Of a DNA stretch of 64,000 nucleotides, positions 26,083 through 36,400 are shown piece by piece. Both the position numbers and the translations under genes were made by a program. Under the pieces are notes generated by a model. The model saw only the letters and a list, made by a program, of their open reading frames with translations, searched no databases and was not told where the DNA came from. Numbering within the stretch: position 1 is the first letter of the stretch; the number at the start of each line of letters is the position of its first letter. This DNA comes from an uncultured Candidatus Saccharibacteria bacterium (GTDB taxonomy: Bacteria > Patescibacteriota > Minisyncoccia > Phycocordibacterales > UBA9973), in the NCBI GenBank assembly GCA_964450735.1, contig CAYVDC010000001.1, positions 5,577 to 69,576 on the forward strand. The letters run 5' to 3'.

Positions 26083-27638
26083 TGAAATCATATTTAGGAG
26101 AATCAACGTTTCTTCCATCAGAATTAACAAAATCAGTTTCCTTTCAAATAGCAAGGGTGGAAGATGTTATTTTAAATGATTCTCATAAAGAATATGAAAA
26201 ATTAGGAAAAGAACATTCGATTGGTGTAATAAAATATCAACTTATTAATGAGGATAAGACAACAAATGTTAATTCATTATCAATTGCCTATCCACTTCTC
26301 CCATTTTTAAAACATTACCCAATTAAATATGAAACTGTTTTTATTGTTTACGGACTTCCATCAGCTAAAACAGATAGTAAAAATTCATACAGTTCAACTT
26401 ATTACATCACAGATGTAAATTTATTTAACAATCCACAACTCAATCAACTATTCTTCTCTCAGGAGGAAAAGAAAGAGTGGGAAATGAAAAATGTTAATTT
26501 CACTCCATTACAACCCAAAGAAGGGGATTTTATATTAGAGGGAAGATGGGGAAATTCAATACGAATGGGGAATGATGGAAAGGGAAATTCACTCACCATC
26601 ATTAATAATAGAACTAATGAAAGTGGAAATGGATTTGTAAATGAAAACTTTGAAAAAGATTCATTTATGTTAATTTCAAATAAAATATCTATTCCCATTA
26701 TTCCGGCATATACGAGATTAAAATCATTTGATGTAGAATTAGTTGTAAATAAAACATCAGAAACAATAAATAAGAATAATGCTCCATCCTCTGATAGTAA
26801 AATAACAAATGATGAAACAAAATTATCTTCTTCTGAATATACACCCATTGAAAATAGTCCAACAGGGTCTGTTAAACAAGAAGTTTTTAAAAGAGAAGAA
26901 TTTTCAGAAAGTGAAGAAAGTGTTTTAGAAGTAATTACCCCCATTTCATATATTGATTTCTTGGGGAGATTGGAGAATACATCTATGGAAGTGATTGAAG
27001 GGAGACTGCCACCACAAGTGAAGCCTATTAAAATAAACAGTTCAACACTCACCTCTCCTTATGTTGGAGCAGTGGATGTAGCTATTCCTATGCAGATAAG
27101 AGCGTTATTGGATACAATAGCTTATTGTGAAGGAACATTAGGACAGAGTAAAAATGGGTATGATATTATTGTTGGATTCGGGAGAAATAGAGCATTAATT
27201 GTTTCTGATTGGAACGTTAATTATACAGGAGGACATCCGACATTAAAATTAAAAGATGGTGCTTATTTCAAAGGAAGTGATGGGGTGACATATAAATTAC
27301 AATCTTCTGCAAGTGGACGTTATCAATTTATTAAAGGAACATGGGACTTATATAAACCATCAACAGAATTCAATAAGAAAAATCAAGACTTAGCTTGTGA
27401 TGCTATTCTAAGAAGAGATGTTTTCAAAAACTATCCTTTATATTATCAATTTCTTCACAAGTATATCAACGATGATAATCATATTACACCTGTAATTAGT
27501 CAATTATCAAGACAATGGGACTGTTTTCCAAAATACCCTGACAAGAACATCAGTTATTATTCCCATAAGACAAGATTTTCAATGAAAGATGTGAGAGACA
27601 TCTATAACAAATGTTACGGATTTTACACTAATCAATGA
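26082..27638 (+). CDS. baseplate hub/cell-puncturing protein with a lysozyme-like domain (T4 gp5-like)
   Basis: C-terminal ...IAYCEGTLGQSKNGYDIIVGFG... resembles the T4-lysozyme E...D...T-I-G-x-G catalytic motif. The size and position ahead of the gp25/gp6 homologues fit. Confidence 0.45.
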   Translation: MKSYLGESTFLPSELTKSVSFQIARVEDVILNDSHKEYEKLGKEHSIGVIKYQLINEDKTTNVNSLSIAYPLLPFLKHYPIKYETVFIVYGLPSAKTDSKNSYSSTYYITDVNLFNNPQLNQLFFSQEEKKEWEMKNVNFTPLQPKEGDFILEGRWGNSIRMGNDGKGNSLTIINNRTNESGNGFVNENFEKDSFMLISNKISIPIIPAYTRLKSFDVELVVNKTSETINKNNAPSSDSKITNDETKLSSSEYTPIENSPTGSVKQEVFKREEFSESEESVLEVITPISYIDFLGRLENTSMEVIEGRLPPQVKPIKINSSTLTSPYVGAVDVAIPMQIRALLDTIAYCEGTLGQSKNGYDIIVGFGRNRALIVSDWNVNYTGGHPTLKLKDGAYFKGSDGVTYKLQSSASGRYQFIKGTWDLYKPSTEFNKKNQDLACDAILRRDVFKNYPLYYQFLHKYINDDNHITPVISQLSRQWDCFPKYPDKNISYYSHKTRFSMKDVRDIYNKCYGFYTNQ

Positions 27639-28069
27639 GCTATAAACCACAGGATGTAAATTCATATACAGGGAGACAAATCGTTTTAAATTCAGGGAGA
27701 CTTGTTTTTAATTCGGGGGAAGATTCTGTTTTAGTTTTTGCAGATAAGTCTATTCTATTAGCCTCTAATGGAAGCGTTAATATAGATGCCGAAAATCATT
27801 TCATTGTAAACACCCCAAAGATTTATTTAGGAGTGGAAGCTAAGAATGAAAAAGAACCAATTCTCTTGGGGGATAGCACCTATCAGTTATTAAAGAATTT
27901 ATTAAAGAAACTCTCAACATTCACAGATAAACTTTCCAATGTAAAGGCAACTCCAATGGGAACGCCCATATTAGAGCTAAATATCGCTTCTACGCAATTA
28001 AAAGTTTCAGTGGATAGTTTACTCAAAGATGTGGAGAAAATCAAATCTAAGCGAAATTACACGGTATGA
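27635..28069 (+). CDS. beta-helix-like spike protein (gp5 C-terminal domain or gp5.4-like)
   Basis: Repetitive VLNSGRLVFNSGEDSVLVFADKSILLASNGSVNIDAENHFIV pattern typical of a beta-helix. Confidence 0.35.
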   Translation: MSYKPQDVNSYTGRQIVLNSGRLVFNSGEDSVLVFADKSILLASNGSVNIDAENHFIVNTPKIYLGVEAKNEKEPILLGDSTYQLLKNLLKKLSTFTDKLSNVKATPMGTPILELNIASTQLKVSVDSLLKDVEKIKSKRNYTV

Positions 28070-28719
28070 TAGAGAAGATTGGGGGACTATTATCTACACT
28101 TCTGAAAAATATATTCAAAAATATATCTTCTATCAATAATTCTATTGAAAAAGGAGAAGATGTGAATAGAATCCTACCCCTTATCAATAAAACAAAATCA
28201 GACATTGAATTTTTGAAAGGATTTGTAGAAAGGATTTCTGCTTTAATTTCTTCTTTGAGTAAAGTGTTGAGTTTATTTAGCATACTTCCCTTACCAACAG
28301 CCCCATTTCCAATTACAGTGGGACTAATAATGAAATTATCGAGCAAATTGATAGAATTGAAGAAAATAATTGATTCAATTGCTCAAATGTTAAAAATGGC
28401 ATTGTCTTTATTAAGTGAAATTGATATACAAATGGCAAATATTGAAAAAAATGTTTCTCATTTAATAATCAATTCAGAAGAAAACGTTTCTCCCACCAAT
28501 AATGATGATAAATTCGCAGTGATAAAGGGAATGACCTATAATGGATATGTATTTGATGTTGTAGAAGATGTCAGCAAAGTGGAAGGAGCTAAAAAGAGAT
28601 ATGCTGTTGCTTATGACCAAACTATGAATGTAAAATACAAAACCACCTCATCTTATACATTAAGTCCTGATGTTTTAATCGAAGAATTAAAACTAAAGAT
28701 AGATAACAACAATTTGTAA
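28066..28719 (+). CDS. hypothetical structural protein (217 aa)
   Basis: ORF on the dominant strand. Coiled-coil-like. Confidence 0.4.
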   Translation: MIEKIGGLLSTLLKNIFKNISSINNSIEKGEDVNRILPLINKTKSDIEFLKGFVERISALISSLSKVLSLFSILPLPTAPFPITVGLIMKLSSKLIELKKIIDSIAQMLKMALSLLSEIDIQMANIEKNVSHLIINSEENVSPTNNDDKFAVIKGMTYNGYVFDVVEDVSKVEGAKKRYAVAYDQTMNVKYKTTSSYTLSPDVLIEELKLKIDNNNL

Positions 28720-28731
28720 ATATTTATAATT

Positions 28732-29064
28732 ATGAAGACGCATGAATTAACTCAAATTATCGAAGAGAGCGTAAAAAAAGCTGTCAGAGATGAACTGAAA
28801 AGTTTGTTAGTAGAACTTTTGGTTAAAAATCAAAATGGATTAGTTGAAAATAAACAACCAATGTTTAATGTAAACGCACGTCAAAATCAAGAGGTTGATA
28901 AGACACAAGTGAGTCAATTTAGACAAAGTATGCTTTCCGAATTCGGAAGTATTGGAAATGTAAATGTTCCACCTGTCAATGAGAATGCTTCTGTTGCTAA
29001 TTTATTCAAAGATGTAGCAGGAAGAATGAAACAAGAAGACTTTATCAATTTTAGAAAAGGGTGA
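28732..29064 (+). CDS. hypothetical protein (110 aa)
   Basis: ORF on the dominant strand. Confidence 0.4.
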   Translation: MKTHELTQIIEESVKKAVRDELKSLLVELLVKNQNGLVENKQPMFNVNARQNQEVDKTQVSQFRQSMLSEFGSIGNVNVPPVNENASVANLFKDVAGRMKQEDFINFRKG

Positions 29065-29447
29065 GATTTGTAAACAGCGACATCACCCAATTCAACAGAA
29101 AGTTGGGATATGGAATTTCACTTCCTTTTAATTCAGAAGGAGTGTTCACTTCTACATTTTCTGCAAGAGAGCAAGTGAGATATAATTTAATCAACTACAT
29201 CCTTACCAATCATGGAGAGAGATATATGAACGTTGGTTATGGAGCAAATCTCTCTTATTATTTATTTGAACAACAAAGTGAAGAAAATGATGGGATTGAA
29301 AAGACGTTACAAGAAGCCCTAAACACCCATTTTTCAGATGTCATCACCACAAACGTAGCAATGAATAGAGATGGAGCAGGATATGTTATAAAAATAAAAT
29401 ACAAATATCGCTCAGAACGAGAAGATACACTTGAAATTACAATTTAA
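29061..29447 (+). CDS. baseplate wedge protein (T4 gp25 / GPW family-like)
   Basis: 128 aa. Lies immediately upstream of the gp6-like gene, as in many T4-like genomes. Its length matches gp25 (132 aa). Confidence 0.45.
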   Translation: MRFVNSDITQFNRKLGYGISLPFNSEGVFTSTFSAREQVRYNLINYILTNHGERYMNVGYGANLSYYLFEQQSEENDGIEKTLQEALNTHFSDVITTNVAMNRDGAGYVIKIKYKYRSEREDTLEITI

Positions 29448-31264
29448 TGGAAACAGACATTCAATATATCAATAAAACATACGATGATTATAAGAAATCT
29501 CTAAAGGATTTAACCAAAACCTATTTTCCAAACACTTATAATGATTTTACGGAAGATAGTATTGGACTTATATTCATGGAACAGGCTGCTATGGTGGCAG
29601 ATGTATTGAGTTTCTATCAAGACACCCAAATTCAAGAGAATTTTCTTTTATATGCTAAAGAAAAGAAGAATTTATATGCAATTGCTTATCAATTGGGATA
29701 TAAACCGAAAATAACATTTCCATCAACAGTGGAGATAGATGTTTTTCAACAAATTCCTTCTAAAATCATCAGTGGGTCATCTTTTCCCGATTATGATTAT
29801 GCTTTATATATTGCACCTGAAACAGTTTTACATTCAATTTCAACAGGAAAATCATTCTTAATTCAAGAATCTATTGATTTTTCATATTCTTCCTCTTTCA
29901 ATCCCACCACAATACAAGTATATACTAAGAATGTTTCCACTTCTCAACCGGAATACTATCTTCTGTCCAAAAAAGCCACTGCTATTTCAGCAGAAATAAA
30001 ATCCACTTCTTATTCAATAGGAGAACGTCAAAAGTTTCTTAATATTGAGATAAATGACAGTGAAATCATTGGTATTTTAGATGTTTATGATAGCGATGGA
30101 AATAAATGGTGGGAAGTGGATTATTTAGCACAAGATAGTGTCTTTGAAGACCTAAAATCGGACATTTCAGAAGCTGAATATATTCTTAAAATAAAGAAAG
30201 TGAATAGACGGTTTACAAGTAGATTCACCGAAGATAATAAATTAGTATTAGAATTTGGTTCAGGAACTTCTGATTTTGCTGATGAAGAAATTGTTCCTAA
30301 TTCGGATAATGTGGGTATAGGACTGTTAGATAGTAAGAGTAAATTGAATTATTCTTATGATAGTTTAAATTTCTTATTTACTAATAGCTACGGACTCTCT
30401 CCGAAGAACACCACATTGACAATAAGATATTTAGTTGGAGGTGGATTTGATTCAAATGTTCCTTCAAATGATATTTCAAACATATCAAGTGTTGTGGTGA
30501 CACCTAAATCTAATTTGAATAGTGGTATTGCTACATTTGTAAGAAATTCATTAGCTGTTAATAATGCTTCTTCATCTAAAGGAGGGAGAGATGGAGAAAC
30601 TGTTGAAGAAATTAGACTAAATGCTCTTTCTAATTTCAATGGACAGTCGAGAGTGGTGACTAAGAATGACTATCTTATCAGAGCTTTAAGTCTTCCACCT
30701 AAATATGGAGGAATAGCAAAGGCGTATGTGAACAATGAACCAATATTTCAAAGTGAATTTGATAATTCTATATCAAATGTTTCTCTTTATCTATTGGGAT
30801 ATGATATAGATAAGAAAATTACGAATGTAAGCGAGCTTACAAAGAAAAACGTTAAAACATATTTAAGTCAATATAGAATGATAACAGATAGCATCAATAT
30901 TAAAGATGCTTATTATGTTAATTTCACCGTTGACTTTGATATTATAGTGCTTCCCACTTATAATAACAAAGAAGTGTTACTTAAAGCTATTGATGCTATT
31001 AAGGAATTCTTTAATATTGATGGGTGGCAAATCAATCAACCAATTATTTTAAGTGAATTGTATAATAAAATATCCACCGTTAAAGGAGTACAATCAATTA
31101 TTAAAGTGGATTTGAAAAACGTGAGTGGTGGAGATTATTCTCCATATTCATATGACTTAACAAGTGCAAAACGAAACAATATCATCTATCCATCCATAGA
31201 CCCATCAATATTTGAAATCAGATTTCCTGATAATGATATAAAGGGTAGGATAATAACCTATTAA
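29447..31264 (+). CDS. baseplate wedge protein (T4 gp6 / Baseplate_J-like)
   Basis: 605 aa. N-terminal ...IGLIFMEQAAMVADVLSFYQDTQIQENFLLYAKEK... matches the Baseplate_J family. Confidence 0.55.
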   Translation: METDIQYINKTYDDYKKSLKDLTKTYFPNTYNDFTEDSIGLIFMEQAAMVADVLSFYQDTQIQENFLLYAKEKKNLYAIAYQLGYKPKITFPSTVEIDVFQQIPSKIISGSSFPDYDYALYIAPETVLHSISTGKSFLIQESIDFSYSSSFNPTTIQVYTKNVSTSQPEYYLLSKKATAISAEIKSTSYSIGERQKFLNIEINDSEIIGILDVYDSDGNKWWEVDYLAQDSVFEDLKSDISEAEYILKIKKVNRRFTSRFTEDNKLVLEFGSGTSDFADEEIVPNSDNVGIGLLDSKSKLNYSYDSLNFLFTNSYGLSPKNTTLTIRYLVGGGFDSNVPSNDISNISSVVVTPKSNLNSGIATFVRNSLAVNNASSSKGGRDGETVEEIRLNALSNFNGQSRVVTKNDYLIRALSLPPKYGGIAKAYVNNEPIFQSEFDNSISNVSLYLLGYDIDKKITNVSELTKKNVKTYLSQYRMITDSINIKDAYYVNFTVDFDIIVLPTYNNKEVLLKAIDAIKEFFNIDGWQINQPIILSELYNKISTVKGVQSIIKVDLKNVSGGDYSPYSYDLTSAKRNNIIYPSIDPSIFEIRFPDNDIKGRIITY

Positions 31265-31268
31265 TAAC

Positions 31269-31745
31269 ATGAGAGAAGTAGGAAAATGGTGTACATATGC
31301 AGAGACATATAAATCACAAACAGCGTCGAGAAAAGGAATTGATAATGAACCTAATGACGTTCAATTCGCCTCTATTTTAAAAACATATAAAGCTATATAT
31401 GAACCAATTTGTAATGCTTTCAAAAGGAAACTTCCTATTAGTTCGTTTTTTAGATGCAAAAAGCTAAATACAGCCATTGGTGGGGCTAAAACGAGTCAAC
31501 ATATGTTAGGAGAGGCTATTGATATTGATTGTGACAGTGTTACAGGAACAACCAATAAACAATTATTTAATTGGGTGTTAAAAAATTTAGACTTTGACCA
31601 ATTGATTTTAGAAGCTCCTGATAAAAATAATAATCCTTCATGGGTTCATATTTCTTATAAGTCGAAAGAAGCTAATAGACACCAAGTGTTAAGGATGGTG
31701 AGACATAATGGAGTTTCCACGTATCAAAATATTACTTCTTGGTAA
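31269..31745 (+). CDS. endolysin, L-alanyl-D-glutamate peptidase (peptidase M15 family)
   Basis: SQHMLGEAIDID is the SxHxxGxAxD zinc-ligand motif of M15/VanY peptidases. A downstream WVH motif is also present. Confidence 0.65.
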   Translation: MREVGKWCTYAETYKSQTASRKGIDNEPNDVQFASILKTYKAIYEPICNAFKRKLPISSFFRCKKLNTAIGGAKTSQHMLGEAIDIDCDSVTGTTNKQLFNWVLKNLDFDQLILEAPDKNNNPSWVHISYKSKEANRHQVLRMVRHNGVSTYQNITSW

Positions 31746-32034
31746 TATTTATATAAAATTCTTAAAAATGAACAATATTAACAAAGAAATGCGTAAAATG
31801 ATTAGTGGATATACTCATTTCGCATTGAGAAAAGCAGATAATAAAATAATGAATGGGTGGGATTATAAGGGAATAGATGCAGATGAATTAACATATGATA
31901 AAAAACATTATTTCATTTTTGATTTGAATGACATGGATATTCCTGTAAAAGATGTAAAAATAGTTGGAAAGAAATTTCTCATTAGAAATGGAATCGACCC
32001 CTTAGACATTAACAATTGGTTTAAGTTTGAATAA
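31708..32034 (+). CDS. hypothetical protein (108 aa)
   Basis: ORF on the dominant strand. Confidence 0.35.
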   Translation: MEFPRIKILLLGNIYIKFLKMNNINKEMRKMISGYTHFALRKADNKIMNGWDYKGIDADELTYDKKHYFIFDLNDMDIPVKDVKIVGKKFLIRNGIDPLDINNWFKFE

Positions 32035-32053
32035 ATTTGTTTATAATATCTGC

Positions 32054-32066
32054 TATTTATATAAAA
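32054..32066 (+). promoter_or_regulatory. Late-promoter-like motif TATTTATATAAAA. Related copies occur at 38394-38407, 52286-52300, 54687-54699, 58658-58673 and 62461-62482.
   Basis: A recurrent AT motif 8-30 bp upstream of rightward structural genes (110 bp upstream for the 62461 copy). It resembles the T4 late -10 element TATAAATA. Confidence 0.4.
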
Positions 32067-32075
32067 TGCTTTTAG

Positions 32076-33092
32076 ATGGCAGTTATTTCAATATTCCCCA
32101 ACAAAGACACTACAATATATTCATATGACAGCACTCTTAATACAGGAGTGGATGAATTATTAGAATTAAAAGTTCTAACTAACAGCTATACAGGGATAAG
32201 CAGAGCGTTGATTTCATTTTCAACACAAGATATTACAAATGTTTATTCTTCCTATCTATCAGGTTCTACTTATGATGTTTTCCTTAAATTATATGAATGT
32301 AATTCAAGAGAACTACCTGAAAATTACACAATTGATGTAAAAGTCCCATCTCATACTTGGGAAATGGGACTTGGAACGTATGCTTATTATCCATCAACTA
32401 CATCTTCCGCTAATTGGGACACCTATTCAGCTTCTTTGTATTGGTCAGGTAGTTATTATATATCTTCTCCCGCTTATAGTCAATCTTTCGGATATTACGA
32501 TAGTAAAGACTTAAATCTTTCAGTAAAAGATATTTTTTCCTATCATCTATCTACTTCTAACACAGGATATTTGTTAAAATTCTCAAATGTCGAAGAAAGT
32601 GCTTCATTAAATTCAACACTTCGATTCTTTTCAAGAGATACAAATACAATTTATTCTCCTAAATTAGAATGTAAATTTGATGATGCAAATTATTCACCTG
32701 CCGTTTCTTCAAGTTATTTAAGTTCAGCTAATAGTAGAATAAGTTTGAAAAATAATAAAGATAGATTTTATATTGACAATAAAGTGAGAATAAATGTCTA
32801 TGGAGGTGATTTATACCCCATAAGAACATTTACTACAAGCTCTTTATATAACGTTCATAAATATCTCCCAAGTAGTTCATATTATAAATTGAGAGATGTG
32901 AAAGCAGACCTCACAATAATTGATTTTGATACCACTTACACTAAACTTTCAGCAGATGGAACATGTAATTATTTTCATCTCTACACTCATAACTTAGAAC
33001 CTAATAGATATTATGAATTACAAGTGAGAAGTGATATAAGTGGCAGTGCTTTATTCTCAGATAAACATATATTCTATTTAGAAAATAAATGA
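32076..33092 (+). CDS. baseplate or fibre structural protein (338 aa), Ser/Tyr-rich
   Basis: ORF in the baseplate cluster. Low-complexity S/Y/N-rich composition. Confidence 0.4.
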   Translation: MAVISIFPNKDTTIYSYDSTLNTGVDELLELKVLTNSYTGISRALISFSTQDITNVYSSYLSGSTYDVFLKLYECNSRELPENYTIDVKVPSHTWEMGLGTYAYYPSTTSSANWDTYSASLYWSGSYYISSPAYSQSFGYYDSKDLNLSVKDIFSYHLSTSNTGYLLKFSNVEESASLNSTLRFFSRDTNTIYSPKLECKFDDANYSPAVSSSYLSSANSRISLKNNKDRFYIDNKVRINVYGGDLYPIRTFTTSSLYNVHKYLPSSSYYKLRDVKADLTIIDFDTTYTKLSADGTCNYFHLYTHNLEPNRYYELQVRSDISGSALFSDKHIFYLENK

Positions 33093-33415
33093 TAGTTTCG
33101 CTCAACCTAAATTCAACCACTTTTGGAAAACAAACATTCCAAGATGTTGTAGATGACAAGTTTTCTCAATTCACACAACCTGTTGTTGTTAAGGAAGAAG
33201 TGTCATTAGAGGAATTTTTCAAAATATTTGATGATGTTTTTTACAACATTCCGAAATATGGAGAAACTAATTCACATCAATTCATTTTTAACAAAGTGAG
33301 TGAGTATTTAGGAGTTCAAAAATCTGACATAAGTGATTTATTAGAAGAAGTAACCACACTTAAAACACAATTAGTAGATAGTTTTAAAGATATTGAAGAA
33401 TTATCCCTTAAATGA
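33089..33415 (+). CDS. hypothetical protein (108 aa)
   Basis: ORF on the dominant strand. Confidence 0.35.
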   Translation: MIVSLNLNSTTFGKQTFQDVVDDKFSQFTQPVVVKEEVSLEEFFKIFDDVFYNIPKYGETNSHQFIFNKVSEYLGVQKSDISDLLEEVTTLKTQLVDSFKDIEELSLK

Positions 33416-36400
33416 AAATAATAAACTTACATAATATAGAACTTGTTCCAAGAATAAACAAAAAGGATTCAAGTTTATTAACTAATAAGTCTGTCTATAA
33501 GAAATTTGGAACAGGGGATGATTTCGCCGAATTGCATTTCTTCACAAAAGATAGTGTTTATGTAAACAGTAATTATAATTACACTTCTTACACTCCAAAT
33601 AAAGAATTGGAAGTGAAGGAAGATGGATTTATTCAATCAATAGATGTTGATTTAGAAAAAGATTGCATAGATAATGGACTTACCAATGGTAGTTTTGTTC
33701 TCTATTATTCATTCTTTAGACATATTTTTAGTAAAATATCAGATGAATTTTTCATTAATACTATTTCTTCTGATAGAACAGAACTGGTTCTTAAAACTAT
33801 AAAACTTTCAGAATCTTCTGTTGCAGAAGTGTTGGATAAGTTGATTTATGATATAAATTCTCAATCATACATCAACAATTTTGTTTTAAATTTTGGAAAA
33901 AATAGAATATATTTAATTACTAATTTCTTTTACAGAATTACAGAAGATGGATTTGAGTTATGTGTAAAATTATATGCTCCTCTTTCTTCTGATGTAGATG
34001 TAAAATCGACATGTAGCTTTTTAGAGGAAATATCTGATTCAAACAAGTTCACCATTGAATTATTTGATGAAATTGAACCCATTCGGGGCATTTCCCTTAG
34101 AGGGGCTAATTTTGATTTAGAGGTGGATGATAAAATATCTATCACCACTGATTATAAGAACAGAAATACACTCATTTCTAATTCATATACAAGTAGTTTA
34201 TACGCTTACATCAATGATAGTTCTATTGATTTAAGTATTGATTATAGTAGCTTTTCTAATTTTATCAATTTCAGTTCAGCTAAACAAAGAATAAATGGTT
34301 TTTTATACAAATTAGAACTTCTCGAATCTTTAGAATCAAATTTATATTACATCAATAATATTTCATCAAGTGTTGCTTATATAAGTGATAATAAACAAGT
34401 GATTGATGAAAAAATAGAAAATATTAAAAATGGATTTGACCATTATGAAAGATTTTTATATAATGAAAGTAGTTCATATTCATTTCCAAAACAATCTAAC
34501 GGAAAGCCATTTTCACTCTCTGCTTCCATTTCAACCACTTGGATTGGTTCTGATATTGAAATAGATGCTAATTATGGAGGAATCATCCTTTCAGCCTCTC
34601 TCTATGATGGAGATAATAGAGGTGGATTGGTATATTCAACCCCCGAATACATTAGAATAGATAGTAGAAATAATGGATATGATGTCTTTATTAACATGAT
34701 AGCCCATCATTTTGATAACTTATGGGTGTATATAAAAGACACGACATCATTATATCAAGGATTTAACAATTATCGAAAAGGAATATCTTCTGATTTAGTT
34801 GTTAAAATGCTTTCTTCTTTTGGAATTAAGTTATATGATGTTAGAGATGACTACGATTTAGTTTCTTCTATTATCGAAACAGATTTAAGTGGAACGAAGG
34901 AATATCCATACACCATTACCAATAATGACCATTTAACAAGAGATATTCTTAAAAAAGAAATATATAAAAGGCTATATCACAATCTCCCCATTCTATTAAA
35001 ATCAAAAGGGTCATATTATGGTACTAAATTGTTATTAAACATATTTGGTATTCCTGATACGATGTTGAGAATATTTGAATATGGGTATTATGATAAAGAT
35101 AATACGACATTAGAAGATAAAAGAAACGTTTTCAATTATGCCCTTCAAATAAGTGGGTCTAATAGAGTGTATTCTAATTTCATTACATCTTCTATTTCAA
35201 GTTTTAGTTCATTTGAATTTAGATTTAAAGAAAGTGATAGTGGAAGTGGAAATTTAGTTACATTTTCTCCAAGTGGAAGCGAAACAGGCAGTTTATCTAT
35301 TCAATATTCCAACCAAACAGGAAGCTATTCAACTGTTACATTCAAATTGAGTGGCAGTTCAAGTAGTTTGAGCGATATTCCAATACATCAAGATAAATGG
35401 TTTAATTTTTTAATTAATAGAAGCACTACCGGTTCAATTCTCACTCATAATTTCTACATTGGTTGGAGGGACGAGTATGACGTTCCTGTTATTAAATCAG
35501 CATCACTCTCAATCACTTCTTCGTATAATTGGGTGAGAAGTAGATATGTATTTGGGCAAACAGGAAGCCTTTCTTCTCCTAATGGAAAGATACAAGAGGT
35601 GAGACTTTGGAGTGAATTACTAAATACATCTTCATTAAAAAATCATATACTAAATCCTCTCTCAATAAGAGGAAATTATACATCTTCATATGATAATGTT
35701 CTTAAAAGAAATTATTTAGGAACAAATGTTTATAAGTACAATCATTATTTAACAAGTTCGATGGATAATTTGAACTTTGTTAGCTATTCAAATGATTATA
35801 ATTATGCTTATAATTACGAAACCATCTATTTAGATAGTCCGAGTGTTGCTGGATTTAAAGTGAATACCACTAAAATAAGTATTGATTCTTCTTCTATTGA
35901 GGACGGAGTGCTTTCTGCTTATATTCCAACAACTAAAAAAGAAGAAATTTGGACAAAATATAATTATAACACTTATCAAATTGGACTTTCACCTTCCGAT
36001 GAAATAGACTTTGATATTATTTCTAAATTGGGATATTTTAATGTAGAAGATATTATTGGCAATCCTGCTTATTATTATTCATCAAGCTATGATGAATTGA
36101 GAGTGGTGTCTAATAACTATTTTGATGAATATATTTCAAAATACAATTACCAAGACTATATTAGAATATTAAAATGGTTTAATAATTCTTTATTTAAAAC
36201 ATTAAAAGACTTTTCTGTTGCTAAATCCACATTAAGTGTTGGATTTATTCAAAAACCACATATTCTTGAAAGAATAAAAATGAATAATGCTTATGTTTCA
36301 TTTGCTCAAAGTGGAATATATAGCATTAATTTAGGGAGAACATTATTTCAATATAACAGCAGTTCTCTCTATTCAAAACTTTCAACTAATAAAGTGGAAG

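Noticed and set aside
26459-27052. Antisense ORFs inside structural genes: 26459-27052(-), 30388-30639(-), 33930-34148(-), 40891-41289(-) and 48569-49529(-)
   Set aside because: They are embedded in, and antisense to, long plus-strand ORFs that have recognisable domains. This is typical AT-rich shadow-ORF behaviour.
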